In this document: in pieces, positions 30,363-39,412 of the stretch
How the letters are laid out: each line of letters opens with the position of its first letter
Position numbering within the stretch: position 1 is the first letter of the stretch
NCBI GenBank assembly: GCA_036574205.1
Contig: JAINCQ010000018.1
Span: 1 to 64,000, forward strand
From: Elusimicrobiota bacterium
GTDB lineage: Bacteria > Elusimicrobiota > Elusimicrobia > Elusimicrobiales > UBA9959
Direction: 5' to 3'
DNA: 64,000 nucleotides
Made by a program: the position numbers and the translations under genes
Notes under the pieces: model-generated
The model's database searches: none
The model's input: only the letters and a program-made list of their open reading frames with translations
Told to the model about the DNA's origin: nothing

Positions 30363-31498
30363 TCTCCTTCCTCATCTTCCTCTATCGGTATCCCTCCACT
30401 CTCTAGATTAATGCACTTTTGAGGAATGTTTGAAGTATTTTGTGGAGAACAACAAAGGGTGTATTTGTATTCTTTTTCAAGTATTTCAAGTATTTCTTGA
30501 GGAGCCTCTTTATAAATTACATGATAGTGTGGTTGTTTTTCATTTGTCGCATCACCTTCAGAATATACAATTGCTTTTTGGCAGATGGTTTTTAAAGCTT
30601 TTTCTCTATTACCTTTTTTTATATTTCTCTTTGATATATCAATATGAATTCCTGTATTATGTTCTAGATGAGGAGGGTTCCAATTCCCGTAAATATCAAA
30701 CAGGCCGCCCCATGGAAGGCTTGCATCATTGTAGTACAAAGGAGCAGAGGTAGGACAAATACTCTTCCAAAGTTTCCCTATTACCATAAGATCATCTCTG
30801 AATTCTGGTATTACCCAGTGATTGAAAGGATGTATATCTGTTTTTCCAACAAGTTCATATCCTGTTCCAGTAGAAATCTCAACCAATCCTTTTATTCTAA
30901 CATATATTATATCCATTGCACAAAATCTTCTTTGTTTCCCTCCATATATATGTCCTTCCGTATTCCATTGTAGGGTTGTAGCATATTTAGGTGCTTTAAA
31001 ATCAAAAATATATTCTCCCGGTTTTATTATTCCACTTGCTTGTGGGTTTGGAAGTGTTTCTCCACTTAATCTTGTAAGAGGCGGTGGTGGGGGATTGTTA
31101 TGGTGATGCCCTGCTTCCAAAGGTAAATTTTCGTATTTAACATTTACATCCCATGAACACTGCAAACAGGGAGGATTCCAATTACCAACTAATCTTACTC
31201 TTAGATTAGATGTTGGCGATATTTCATAGTAGAATGTATGAAAAGGGCATGATGGTGACACTACTTCGTAAATTGGTTCTAGTGGTTTAGGTGAAGTATC
31301 AGTTGATGTAATAATTTCAATTATTCTTTTATAATTAAAGTACTTATCAAATTGATTTTTTGATTGTTTGTTTTCTTTTAATGATAGTATATTAATTAAC
31401 TGTTTATTAGATCCATCAAAATCAAACAATTGTTCTTGAGAATATACAAATCCATACAGAAAAATAACAGATGTTAGTATATAAAAAAATTTTCTCAC
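30353..31498 (-). CDS. Secreted protein with C-terminal MepA-like (LAS/M74) Zn peptidase domain
   Basis: NDASLPWGGLF..PHLEHNTGIHIDI..PHYHV resembles MepA DxxxPxGG..HxSHQTGLDVD..HxH. Confidence 0.7.
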   Translation of the reverse strand: MRKFFYILTSVIFLYGFVYSQEQLFDFDGSNKQLINILSLKENKQSKNQFDKYFNYKRIIEIITSTDTSPKPLEPIYEVVSPSCPFHTFYYEISPTSNLRVRLVGNWNPPCLQCSWDVNVKYENLPLEAGHHHNNPPPPPLTRLSGETLPNPQASGIIKPGEYIFDFKAPKYATTLQWNTEGHIYGGKQRRFCAMDIIYVRIKGLVEISTGTGYELVGKTDIHPFNHWVIPEFRDDLMVIGKLWKSICPTSAPLYYNDASLPWGGLFDIYGNWNPPHLEHNTGIHIDISKRNIKKGNREKALKTICQKAIVYSEGDATNEKQPHYHVIYKEAPQEILEILEKEYKYTLCCSPQNTSNIPQKCINLESGGIPIEEDEEGDCL

Positions 31499-31513
31499 GT
31501 TTCTCCTTTTTAA

Positions 31514-31541
31514 ATTCTAAGAAAAAAAAAGCTTATGTCAA
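31514..31541 (-). promoter_or_regulatory. Putative sigma70 promoter with a T9 tract in the spacer
   Basis: TTGACA (31536-31541) N16 TAGAAT (31514-31519); A9 at 31522-31530 on + strand. Confidence 0.55.
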
Positions 31542-31619
31542 GTATTTGTAAATGTCCGGTAATGGTATCATTAACAACTGCCCAATTGGTTGTGAAATTT
31601 TTTAAAAATATTTTAAATT

Positions 31620-32216
31620 TTAATATTCGTAATAAAACCTTTCTTCAAATTTTTTATCTGAGTTTATAATTAAAAATCCCCAATATTTTGATTGCGGATC
31701 AGAAAAATAAATATATTCTGTGGTATTATCAACTGCTTTTGTGTAATCTCTATCAAATTCTTTAGATACATATTTAACTCTTGAGTTAAATTCGCCATGA
31801 ATATTTATCTCAGGTATAAACTTAATAAAGTTTCCAATTAGTTCTTCAATCTGCTTTGGATATTTGTTTGTCTTAATAAAAAAATTTAAAATCGCTTTTC
31901 TCAATTTTAAAATCGCTTTTTTAAAATTCTCTTCTTTTTTATCCAGATTACCATTTTCTTTTAATATTAAAATCTTATCTTTTGTTTCATTCAAAATAAT
32001 TTTTATATTTGTTATATTTTCTGTAGTAAGATTTATCTGATATACCTCTTGTTTTATTAAATCTAAAAGATTTTCTATTTCACTAAATGCTGAGTTATAA
32101 ACCAATGTTTGTGGTGGTGTTGTAATGGTTGATGTCTCTATTTCTGAGCAAAAGCTCCTTTCTATTAATAGAAGAAAGAAAACTAATAAAATGAATGTTA
32201 TTCTTAGCTGTATCAA
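31620..32216 (-). CDS. Exported protein with GspG/pseudopilin-like C-terminal segment
   Basis: Signal peptide; KLRKAILNFFIKTNKYPKQIEEL..FIPEI pattern. Confidence 0.45.
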   Translation of the reverse strand: MIQLRITFILLVFFLLLIERSFCSEIETSTITTPPQTLVYNSAFSEIENLLDLIKQEVYQINLTTENITNIKIILNETKDKILILKENGNLDKKEENFKKAILKLRKAILNFFIKTNKYPKQIEELIGNFIKFIPEINIHGEFNSRVKYVSKEFDRDYTKAVDNTTEYIYFSDPQSKYWGFLIINSDKKFEERFYYEY

Positions 32217-32236
32217 AATGATCCTTCCTTAATCAA

Positions 32237-32606
32237 GCCTCGCAGGTTGTCTAAAGGTTTAAAACTATATTGCCCAAATTTTGCTCTGCGGACTTTCAAG
32301 TCACGCATAAGCCTGGAGGGCTTGCGCGACCCCGCCTCGTTCGCCTGAATAGCTCAGGGCGAACTCCGGCCTTGCGGACTGCACGCGAAACCGTTTAGGT
32401 TTCGCTCTAAAGGCAGTCCTCACCCGGCATGATAGCTTTTAGCTATCACTTAGTAAAGCGGGTGGCTGACGGGGCTTGGTCGCAAATAAAATTCGCTTGC
32501 CGCTCATTTTTTCGCGACCCGCTCCTCGCAAAACTGTATTGCCCATGTTTTGCTGCGGACTTTCAATCCCCGGCGTGATAGCTTAGCGCTATCACTTAGT
32601 AAAGCG
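32237..32606 (-). repeat. tRNA-His 3'-linked structured repeat array (one intact 146-bp unit, one degenerate unit with a nested 123-bp element)
   Basis: 37-bp direct repeat at 32442-32478 and 32588-32624 includes the tRNA 3' end; core shared with Arg and Ser loci. Confidence 0.9.
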
Positions 32607-32681
32607 GGTGGCTGACGGGGCTTGAACCCGCAACCTTCCGGGCCACAACCGGATGCTCTAGCCAGTTGAGCTACAGCCACC
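32607..32681 (-). tRNA. tRNA-His(GUG), G-1 encoded, CCA not encoded
   Basis: GGTGGCTGTAGCTCAACTGGCTAGAGCATCCGGTTGTGGCCCGGAAGGTTGCGGGTTCAAGCCCCGTCAGCCACC folds as a cloverleaf. Confidence 0.97.
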
Positions 32682-32755
32682 GTAATATTAATATTTTAGC
32701 ACATTATGATTATTTTAAGTATTTTATTAATAGCAAAAAATTGTAAAATACTTTT

Positions 32756-34150
32756 ATGATAAGAAGACCAGCAGTAGAAGGGAGATTTTATCCATCTGAT
32801 AAAAATGAATTAGTTAACTTCCTTTCATCATCCATAAAGGATAGTTTTCCTAAAAGCAGGATTATATTAGCCCCACATGCAGGTTATGTTTATAGTGGAA
32901 ATACCGCTGCAAAAACTTTTTCATATGTTGAAAAAGATTTTGAAACAGCAGTAATAATAGGGACATCTCATACCTCTTATTCAAGAAAATGTTTGATTTT
33001 AAAAGATACTATTTATTCAAATGTCCTTGGTGAGGTAAAAACTGATGATGAACTGGCGGAATCGTTACTTAAAGACAAATACTTTGAAAATAATCCAGAT
33101 GCTCATAGATCGGAACATTCAATTGAAGTTCAGATTCCATTTTTGCAATATATAAAAAATGATTTTAAAATTCTTCCTATTGTTGTTAATTTTGAAGATG
33201 AAAAAATGTTGATTGAATCAGGTAAGAAAATTGCTGAGTTGATGAAAAAAAAGAAGTTAGTAATAGTGATTTCTACAGATCTTTCACATTATCCACCTTA
33301 TGAATATGCTTATGTTTCAGATAATGCAATATCATTCGCTTATTCAGCATCGGTTATTAACAGAGATATATCTTATTTTACTCTTGCTAAAAAACTTATT
33401 TCTGAAAAATATAAAAAGCAAATAGATACCATTGCTTGCGGATTTGCGCCTATGGTTGTTGGGCTAAGTGCTGCTATAGAGAGCGGTTATAATAATTTTG
33501 ATATAATTGAATGTGTAAATTCTGGTGACATTTCAGGCCATAGAGATGAGGTTGTAGGATATCTTGGTGGAGTTTTTTTGAAAGATGGTGAAAAGGAATT
33601 TAGGTTTAATTTTGATGATAATGAAAAAGAATATCTTATTATGCTTTCAAGAAAAGCTATAGAGACTAAATTAAGAAGTAAAAAAAGTTTTTCTGTGGAT
33701 TATTTTCAGTATCCTAAAATTAATCTTCCATGCGCAATTTTCGTCACACTTACAATTAACAAAGAACTGAGAGGATGTATTGGTTCTCTTTTCCCTCATA
33801 TGCTTGTTGGTGATGCAGTCATAGATTATTCTATTAAATCGGCTTTTGATGACCCCAGATTTCCGCCTTTATCATTAGAAGAATTTAAAAAAATTAAAGT
33901 TGAAATTTCTCTTCTATCTCCCTTAAAAAGAATTTATGATGTGTCTGAAATAAAGGAAAATATTCATGGTGTTTATGTTAAAAATGGATTTATGAGCGGG
34001 ACATATCTGCCACAGGTATGGGAGCATTTTATCAAGAAAGAAGATTTCTTAAAGTCGTTATTAGATGAAAAATCTGGAATTGGTTATGAGAAACTAAATA
34101 GCCCCGAAACTGAAATTTATATTTATACCGTTGAAAAAATAAATGAATAG
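32756..34150 (+). CDS. AmmeMemoRadiSam protein B (MEMO1)-protein A (AMMECR1) fusion
   Basis: RRPAVEGRFYP, PHAGYVYSG, EHSIEVQIPF, STDLSHY; then FVTL..LRGCIG, DPRFPPL, TYLPQVW. Confidence 0.9.
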   Translation: MIRRPAVEGRFYPSDKNELVNFLSSSIKDSFPKSRIILAPHAGYVYSGNTAAKTFSYVEKDFETAVIIGTSHTSYSRKCLILKDTIYSNVLGEVKTDDELAESLLKDKYFENNPDAHRSEHSIEVQIPFLQYIKNDFKILPIVVNFEDEKMLIESGKKIAELMKKKKLVIVISTDLSHYPPYEYAYVSDNAISFAYSASVINRDISYFTLAKKLISEKYKKQIDTIACGFAPMVVGLSAAIESGYNNFDIIECVNSGDISGHRDEVVGYLGGVFLKDGEKEFRFNFDDNEKEYLIMLSRKAIETKLRSKKSFSVDYFQYPKINLPCAIFVTLTINKELRGCIGSLFPHMLVGDAVIDYSIKSAFDDPRFPPLSLEEFKKIKVEISLLSPLKRIYDVSEIKENIHGVYVKNGFMSGTYLPQVWEHFIKKEDFLKSLLDEKSGIGYEKLNSPETEIYIYTVEKINE

Positions 34151-34171
34151 ATTTAGAATATTAAAAAATAA

Positions 34172-34615
34172 TTATTCTGGCTTTACATATGCATCTATAT
34201 AATCAGCTCTTTGAGTTACTGTAAATGCAAACATTGCTCCTATTCCAATTAATGCTCCTATTGGTCCGCCAAGAATAAATCCAAGCAAGCCGGCAGCCGC
34301 TCCAACGGTTATATAGGAAGTTTTATTGTTTTTGATGTCCTGCCATAATTTCTGACCAAAAGATGGTTTTTCAGGTTCTTGTGAAGAAGTGTTTGTGCCG
34401 TCTTTTGCCATTGAGGGATTTGTGGTGTTTATACTGGCTTTTACGGAAGGCAAGTCGGATTTAGCCTGAGGAATGCTTCCATCAAAAGCTTTTGAGGCGT
34501 TGGTTGTAGCTGATTGCGCCTGATTTAATGCGTTATTTGCAAATGAAATATTTGTGTATGTGGTTAAAATTACAAGGGACATTACCATAGAAATCGCTTT
34601 TTTGGCCATTTTCAT
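34172..34615 (-). CDS. Exported protein with C-terminal glycine-zipper-like hydrophobic hairpin
   Basis: Signal peptide; GAAAGLLGFILGGPIGALIGIG; strong RBS AGAGGAGG. Confidence 0.7.
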   Translation of the reverse strand: MKMAKKAISMVMSLVILTTYTNISFANNALNQAQSATTNASKAFDGSIPQAKSDLPSVKASINTTNPSMAKDGTNTSSQEPEKPSFGQKLWQDIKNNKTSYITVGAAAGLLGFILGGPIGALIGIGAMFAFTVTQRADYIDAYVKPE

Positions 34616-34750
34616 ATCTCCTCCTCTTTACCTTCCTATCATTTAGATTATACTCTAAAAATGATTGTATTACAAGGGATTTTAATACTACTGATTTAAT
34701 AGGAAAAAAGTCCTATAAGGATTTAAAATAGGTTGATTAATTAGCAGTGT

Positions 34751-35977
34751 TTACTCCTTCTTTTTTCTGAGTAATTGTATTTGATAAGAAACATTAGAAA
34801 TATTTTTAATTTTTTGTTTTATTTCATCGCTTATATCTTCATCATTTAGTATTTCTATAACAGATTTAACTGTTGGTTTTAAAACCTTCTCATATAGATT
34901 GTTATCTTTTAATATATTTATCAGTTTGTCGCGGTCTTTAAATTCATATTGTGGGGTTTTGTTAACTATTATTTCTTCATTTTCCGTTTTTATAGTAATA
35001 GAATCTTTTTCAGCCATCTCTTTTATAATCTCTTTTTCAATTTCAGTCCTTTTTTTCATAAACTCATTTATTTGCGCGTCTATCTTAATAAGTTCTGTTA
35101 TTTTACTGTTTTTTTTCAAATTCACATCTTTCATCACCGGACATAGTGATTTAAAATCACAGTATGAACATGCAAGATCTGAAGGAGATGGGTCAAATTT
35201 TTTTGATTTTATTTTATCAACAGTGTCCATTACTTTTTCCCAGAAATGATTTATTTCACTGTCCTTAGCCCTTTCAAAAGCAACTTCTTTAAGACTTTGT
35301 ACATAGTAATATATCATCTTGTTTACTTCTACCTTTTTAATGCTGACTTTGTATTTTTGGGCTATTTTCTCTATAATTTGAGGATCTGACTCGCATATTT
35401 TTTGATAAAAATATAATTGATCATTGCTCCTTCCACCATCTTTGCCTGTTTTATAATCAACTATGGTTATTAATCCGTTGCCGTCATATTCTATTTTATC
35501 CGCTACAATCTGCGCTGCTATTCCATCTATATTTACTACTGTAGAGTGCTCCAGAAGAAATGGAATCTTATCATTATTTCGATGTTTAAAATGAAAGTTT
35601 TTGATTATTCTTATGCCTTCTTCAAATGCTTCCTGTTCATATCTTGGGAGGCGATAATTTTTTTCTTCAGGTGGTACCTCATCCCATTTTTTTTTGAAAA
35701 AAGTGATAAGTTCTTCCACTGAGGGAGGAGGAACCCTTGAATAAAAGAATTCAAGAACACTGTGTATTATCCTGCCAAAAACAAAAAATGGTTTTGGTTT
35801 CTCTTTTAATTTATCTACATATTTGAATTTGTATTTTAAAGGACATTCAAGGTAAAGAGACATCTTGGAATAAGAAAAATGAAATTTTTCCTCATTTAAA
35901 ATTTTTATTTTTTTATTTTCAGTACCTTTGTTTTCCGGGTTATAACTGAATATTTCATCCTGTAAATACTCACTCAT
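34751..35977 (-). CDS. PD-(D/E)XK RecB/AddB/Cas4-like nuclease with 4-Cys Fe-S staple
   Basis: SYSK..ECPLKY, GRIIH, ADKIE..IVDYKTG, QLYFY, CSYCDFKSLC. Confidence 0.85.
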   Translation of the reverse strand: MSEYLQDEIFSYNPENKGTENKKIKILNEEKFHFSYSKMSLYLECPLKYKFKYVDKLKEKPKPFFVFGRIIHSVLEFFYSRVPPPSVEELITFFKKKWDEVPPEEKNYRLPRYEQEAFEEGIRIIKNFHFKHRNNDKIPFLLEHSTVVNIDGIAAQIVADKIEYDGNGLITIVDYKTGKDGGRSNDQLYFYQKICESDPQIIEKIAQKYKVSIKKVEVNKMIYYYVQSLKEVAFERAKDSEINHFWEKVMDTVDKIKSKKFDPSPSDLACSYCDFKSLCPVMKDVNLKKNSKITELIKIDAQINEFMKKRTEIEKEIIKEMAEKDSITIKTENEEIIVNKTPQYEFKDRDKLINILKDNNLYEKVLKPTVKSVIEILNDEDISDEIKQKIKNISNVSYQIQLLRKKKE

Positions 35978-36752
35978 ATTTTATTAACTCCATTATCCTT
36001 GTTTCTTTATCTTCATATAAAGATGAGGTGAGAATTTTTCCTATTTCAGGGGCATAATATGTTATTATTTTTGTATTACTTCCTTCAACGCTTTCCATTA
36101 CTTTTACACAATTTGAAAATTCTCCAGCTTTTACTTTTATATCTCCTGCATATACCATTTTAGCAAAATAAACCTGTCCATTTAAAGAATATTTCCATAT
36201 ACCTTCCTTAGAATAATTGATTATTATTTTTGAAACTCCTGTTTCGTTTTTTTCAAGAACTCTGTTTGCATCTATTATATATTGCTTTTTCTGCGTTTTA
36301 AGCAGTTTTTTGCCAGCATATATTTTTGAAGTAAAATCTATTTTTTGATAATCTTTTTTAGTTATATATATTAATTCACTTGCATTCTTGCCATAACTTT
36401 CACTATCACCGAAATAAAACTTATTATATTTAGGAAAAACATAATTAGGACAGATAAAAAACCTAAAATAAGATTCCTGATAATATTGGCTTTTTGGAAA
36501 TTTTTTTATAAGAAATTCAAAACTTCTTTTTGCCTCTTCGCAAACATATAGTTTGGATGAATATATTAATCCGGCATAGTAAGCGGCATAGTCTGCTTTT
36601 TCTTTTTTTGGATAATTTAAGTAATATTTTTCAAAATATTTTGCTGCTTCAGGATATCTTTTTTGCTTATATAACTTTTCAGCCTGTTTTAGTAAATTTG
36701 ACGAGCAAGCTGAGATTAAAAAAAGAAAAATCAATATTTTCGAATTTCTCAT
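35970..36752 (-). CDS. TPR lipoprotein (BamD/YfiO-like N-terminus)
   Basis: Lipobox ISAC; TPR helices with YP/FP turns. Confidence 0.65.
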   Translation of the reverse strand: MRNSKILIFLFLISACSSNLLKQAEKLYKQKRYPEAAKYFEKYYLNYPKKEKADYAAYYAGLIYSSKLYVCEEAKRSFEFLIKKFPKSQYYQESYFRFFICPNYVFPKYNKFYFGDSESYGKNASELIYITKKDYQKIDFTSKIYAGKKLLKTQKKQYIIDANRVLEKNETGVSKIIINYSKEGIWKYSLNGQVYFAKMVYAGDIKVKAGEFSNCVKVMESVEGSNTKIITYYAPEIGKILTSSLYEDKETRIMELIKYE

Positions 36753-36797
36753 TTTATTAGATAGTTTAACAATTTTTTAGTTTGATATCAACTAAAT

Positions 36798-37024
36798 CTC
36801 AAAGTGTATGTCCCTATTTGCCTGCGGACTTTTGCTTCTGCCTGCGACACAAAATTGTTTGTGTCGCAGGAAAAGCAAGTACCCCCACCAGGAATCGGTC
36901 GCAAATAAAATTCGCTCACCGCTCATTTTTTTGCGACCCGCTCCTCGCAAAACTGTATCGCCCATGTTTTGCTGCGGACTTTCGATTCCTGCTCAAAACA
37001 CTTCGTGTTTTTTTGAAAAGCAAG
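36798..37024 (-). repeat. tRNA-Arg 3'-linked structured repeat array (one intact 145-bp unit plus a degenerate partial unit)
   Basis: 28-bp direct repeat at 36870-36897 and 37015-37042; core nearly identical to the His locus. Confidence 0.9.
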
Positions 37025-37096
37025 TACCCCCACCAGGAATCGAACCTGGATCAACTGCTTAGAAGGCAGTTGCTTTATCCATTAAGCTATGGGGGC
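37025..37096 (-). tRNA. tRNA-Arg(UCU), CCA not encoded
   Basis: GCCCCCATAGCTTAATGGATAAAGCAACTGCCTTCTAAGCAGTTGATCCAGGTTCGATTCCTGGTGGGGGTA cloverleaf. Confidence 0.96.
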
Positions 37097-37131
37097 AGTT
37101 ATTAATAATATATTTTATATTTTTTAAAATC

Positions 37132-38055
37132 TTATTCCAAAGACTCCAAATATTTTATAGCATTCATTGCTGCCATACATCCTATACCAGCAGCTGCTAT
37201 TGCTTGTTTATATTTGGGGTCGCATACATCACCACAAGCAAATATTCCTTTCGCAGAAGTTTCGTAATTAGAATCAACAATTATATACCCCTGGTCATCT
37301 AATTTTATAATATTAGAAAAGATTTTTGTATTTGGGTGATGACCTATTGCAACAAATGCACCATCAACTGGTATTTCTCTCATTTCACCGGTGTTTACAT
37401 TTTTTATTTTTATTCCTTTAAGTTTTTCATCTCCAATGAAATCTTCAGGGATGTGGTTGTATATAACTTCTATTTTCGGATTTGATAAAACTTTTTTTTG
37501 GGCAAGATATGAAGCTCTAAACTTATCTCTTCTATGAATAAGGTAAACTTTACTTGCAAATTTAGTTAAAAAAACTGCATCTTCACACGCTGTGTCTCCT
37601 CCTCCTATAACACAAACGGTTTTATTTTTATAGAAAAATCCATCACAGGTAGCGCAGCTAGAAATACCTTTACCTCTAAATTTTTTTTCGCTCTCAAGAC
37701 CAAGCCACTTAGCACTTGCTCCTGTAGCTATTATAATCGTTTTAGCATAATATATTTTTTCACCAGCAGTTATCTGGAAAGGATTTTTAGAAGCATCTAT
37801 TGCAGTTGCCTGTTCATCTGCCATTATAACGCCAAGTCTTTTTGCTTGATTTATCATTCTATTCATCAAATCATAGCCGCTTATGGGATTTTCAAAGCCA
37901 GGGAAATTTTCTATCTCGCTTGTGTAAAGTAACTGTCCTCCAGCAAGAGAACCTGTAAGAATTGTTGTCTTATATCCTCCCCTTGCTCCATATATACCAG
38001 CTGTTAATCCTGATGGTCCTGCGCCGATTATAAGAATATCTGATAATTTTTCCAT
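37132..38055 (-). CDS. trxB: Thioredoxin reductase
   Basis: GAGPSG, CATCDG, GGGDTA, HRRD, ACGD. Confidence 0.97.
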   Translation of the reverse strand: MEKLSDILIIGAGPSGLTAGIYGARGGYKTTILTGSLAGGQLLYTSEIENFPGFENPISGYDLMNRMINQAKRLGVIMADEQATAIDASKNPFQITAGEKIYYAKTIIIATGASAKWLGLESEKKFRGKGISSCATCDGFFYKNKTVCVIGGGDTACEDAVFLTKFASKVYLIHRRDKFRASYLAQKKVLSNPKIEVIYNHIPEDFIGDEKLKGIKIKNVNTGEMREIPVDGAFVAIGHHPNTKIFSNIIKLDDQGYIIVDSNYETSAKGIFACGDVCDPKYKQAIAAAGIGCMAAMNAIKYLESLE

Positions 38056-38056
38056 T

Positions 38057-38467
38057 TTATTCCTCCATTACAGCTGCCATTGAGGTTTCTGTTTCCCAGA
38101 ACTTTACTTGCCTTGGATTTAGCCCAAGTTTTTTAACTTCGTCAAATATTAATTTAGAAATTACTTCAGCTGTGGGATTAAAATTTAATACAAATACTTT
38201 TTGATTATGCTTTTTTAGAATTTTTACAAGTGGATCTTTTTTGTGAAGTATTATACAATGATCAAGATTTTCGTCAAGCCATTTTCCTACTATTCTTTTT
38301 AATTTAACAAAATCCATAACCATATCTTCATTATCAAGTTTTTTACTTGAAACTATAATTTCAATTTTTCCATTATGTCCGTGTAGGTTTTCACATTTTC
38401 CGTTGTAATTAAGCAATCGGTGGGCATAAGATATTTCAAATACTTTACTGACAAAATAGTCTTCCAT
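38057..38467 (-). CDS. queD: 6-carboxytetrahydropterin synthase
   Basis: AHRL, CENLHGH, LDH, NPTAE, WET. Confidence 0.92.
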   Translation of the reverse strand: MEDYFVSKVFEISYAHRLLNYNGKCENLHGHNGKIEIIVSSKKLDNEDMVMDFVKLKRIVGKWLDENLDHCIILHKKDPLVKILKKHNQKVFVLNFNPTAEVISKLIFDEVKKLGLNPRQVKFWETETSMAAVMEE

Positions 38468-38509
38468 AATTATATTTTATCAAAAAATACCCGCTAATTT
38501 TCCGCTGAT

Positions 38510-39397
38510 CTATGGCTTAAAATCTGTACATAAGGGAAATAATTTAGTTAGCAGTAATTTCCTTTGTTCTGATTTTTCTCTAAATTTTTTTAGCTCAGAT
38601 TTGTAAAATTTTTCAAATTTTAAGACGGATGATATTTTATAGTATAAATCTTTTCTTTGTGTTCTATATAATTCCAGTATAGGTTCAGAAAGTAAATAAT
38701 AATAGCTCCTTTCCGCTTCCTGTCTTGTTTTTTTACCTTTTTTCACCTGCTCCATTTCATATTCATACATTAGTTTATAAAAACTGTCAGAATCAACATC
38801 AGAAAGAGATTTTTTTATATTTGCATAATAATTTTTAATATATTCAAGGGTTTGCAAGGGATATCCGCAGCTATGATTATTTTCAGCTGTTTTATCTAGT
38901 ATATATTTTTCAAATGTTTGATAAGAAAGAATATACCTGCATAATCCGGAAATAAATGTTGTTTTTAATATTGGATCATTCAATATTTCATCTGGCTGAT
39001 AGTTTAAAAGTAAATAATCAGTTTCAATATATGAAGCAAGCTGTTCAATCTCATATGAAAAATCTTCAAGATCATATTTCACAAGAATCTTGTATATATA
39101 TAAACCTTTGATAATTTGAGTTTCAATTGCTATTTTTGAATCCATGCTTTTTATAGGTATTAGTATCTGTCTTTTGCTGGTATTTACTTTTACACATCCA
39201 ACTGATGCATCAGGATTAAAAGCTATTGTTGCAGGATATTTTGATAAATAATTTAGAAGATAATTATGCCCTGAGAATTTTATATGTTCAAGCGCCTGAC
39301 GTATTAAGAAATCGTCAGAATATTTTTTTATGTTAATAGAACAGGAAGATAAAAAAAATCCTGCTATTATCAAAATTTTTTTTGTTTTCATAATCAA
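38510..39397 (-). CDS. Hypothetical lipoprotein
   Basis: Lipobox LSSC; 295-aa ORF within an operon. Confidence 0.65.
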   Translation of the reverse strand: MIMKTKKILIIAGFFLSSCSINIKKYSDDFLIRQALEHIKFSGHNYLLNYLSKYPATIAFNPDASVGCVKVNTSKRQILIPIKSMDSKIAIETQIIKGLYIYKILVKYDLEDFSYEIEQLASYIETDYLLLNYQPDEILNDPILKTTFISGLCRYILSYQTFEKYILDKTAENNHSCGYPLQTLEYIKNYYANIKKSLSDVDSDSFYKLMYEYEMEQVKKGKKTRQEAERSYYYLLSEPILELYRTQRKDLYYKISSVLKFEKFYKSELKKFREKSEQRKLLLTKLFPLCTDFKP

Positions 39398-39412
39398 ATC
39401 ATAACAGTAAGT

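Noticed and set aside
34751..35977. cas4 of a CRISPR-Cas system
   Set aside because: No cas1/cas2 or array; length and context fit a solo RecB-family nuclease
32237..37096. Prophage or genomic island integrated at tRNA-His/Arg (attL/attR)
   Set aside because: The duplicated tRNA ends are only 145-146 bp apart; no integrase or phage genes in the window
36782..37105. ORFs 36782..37105 and 36808..37062
   Set aside because: Antisense to tRNA-Arg and its GC-rich repeat; no recognisable protein features
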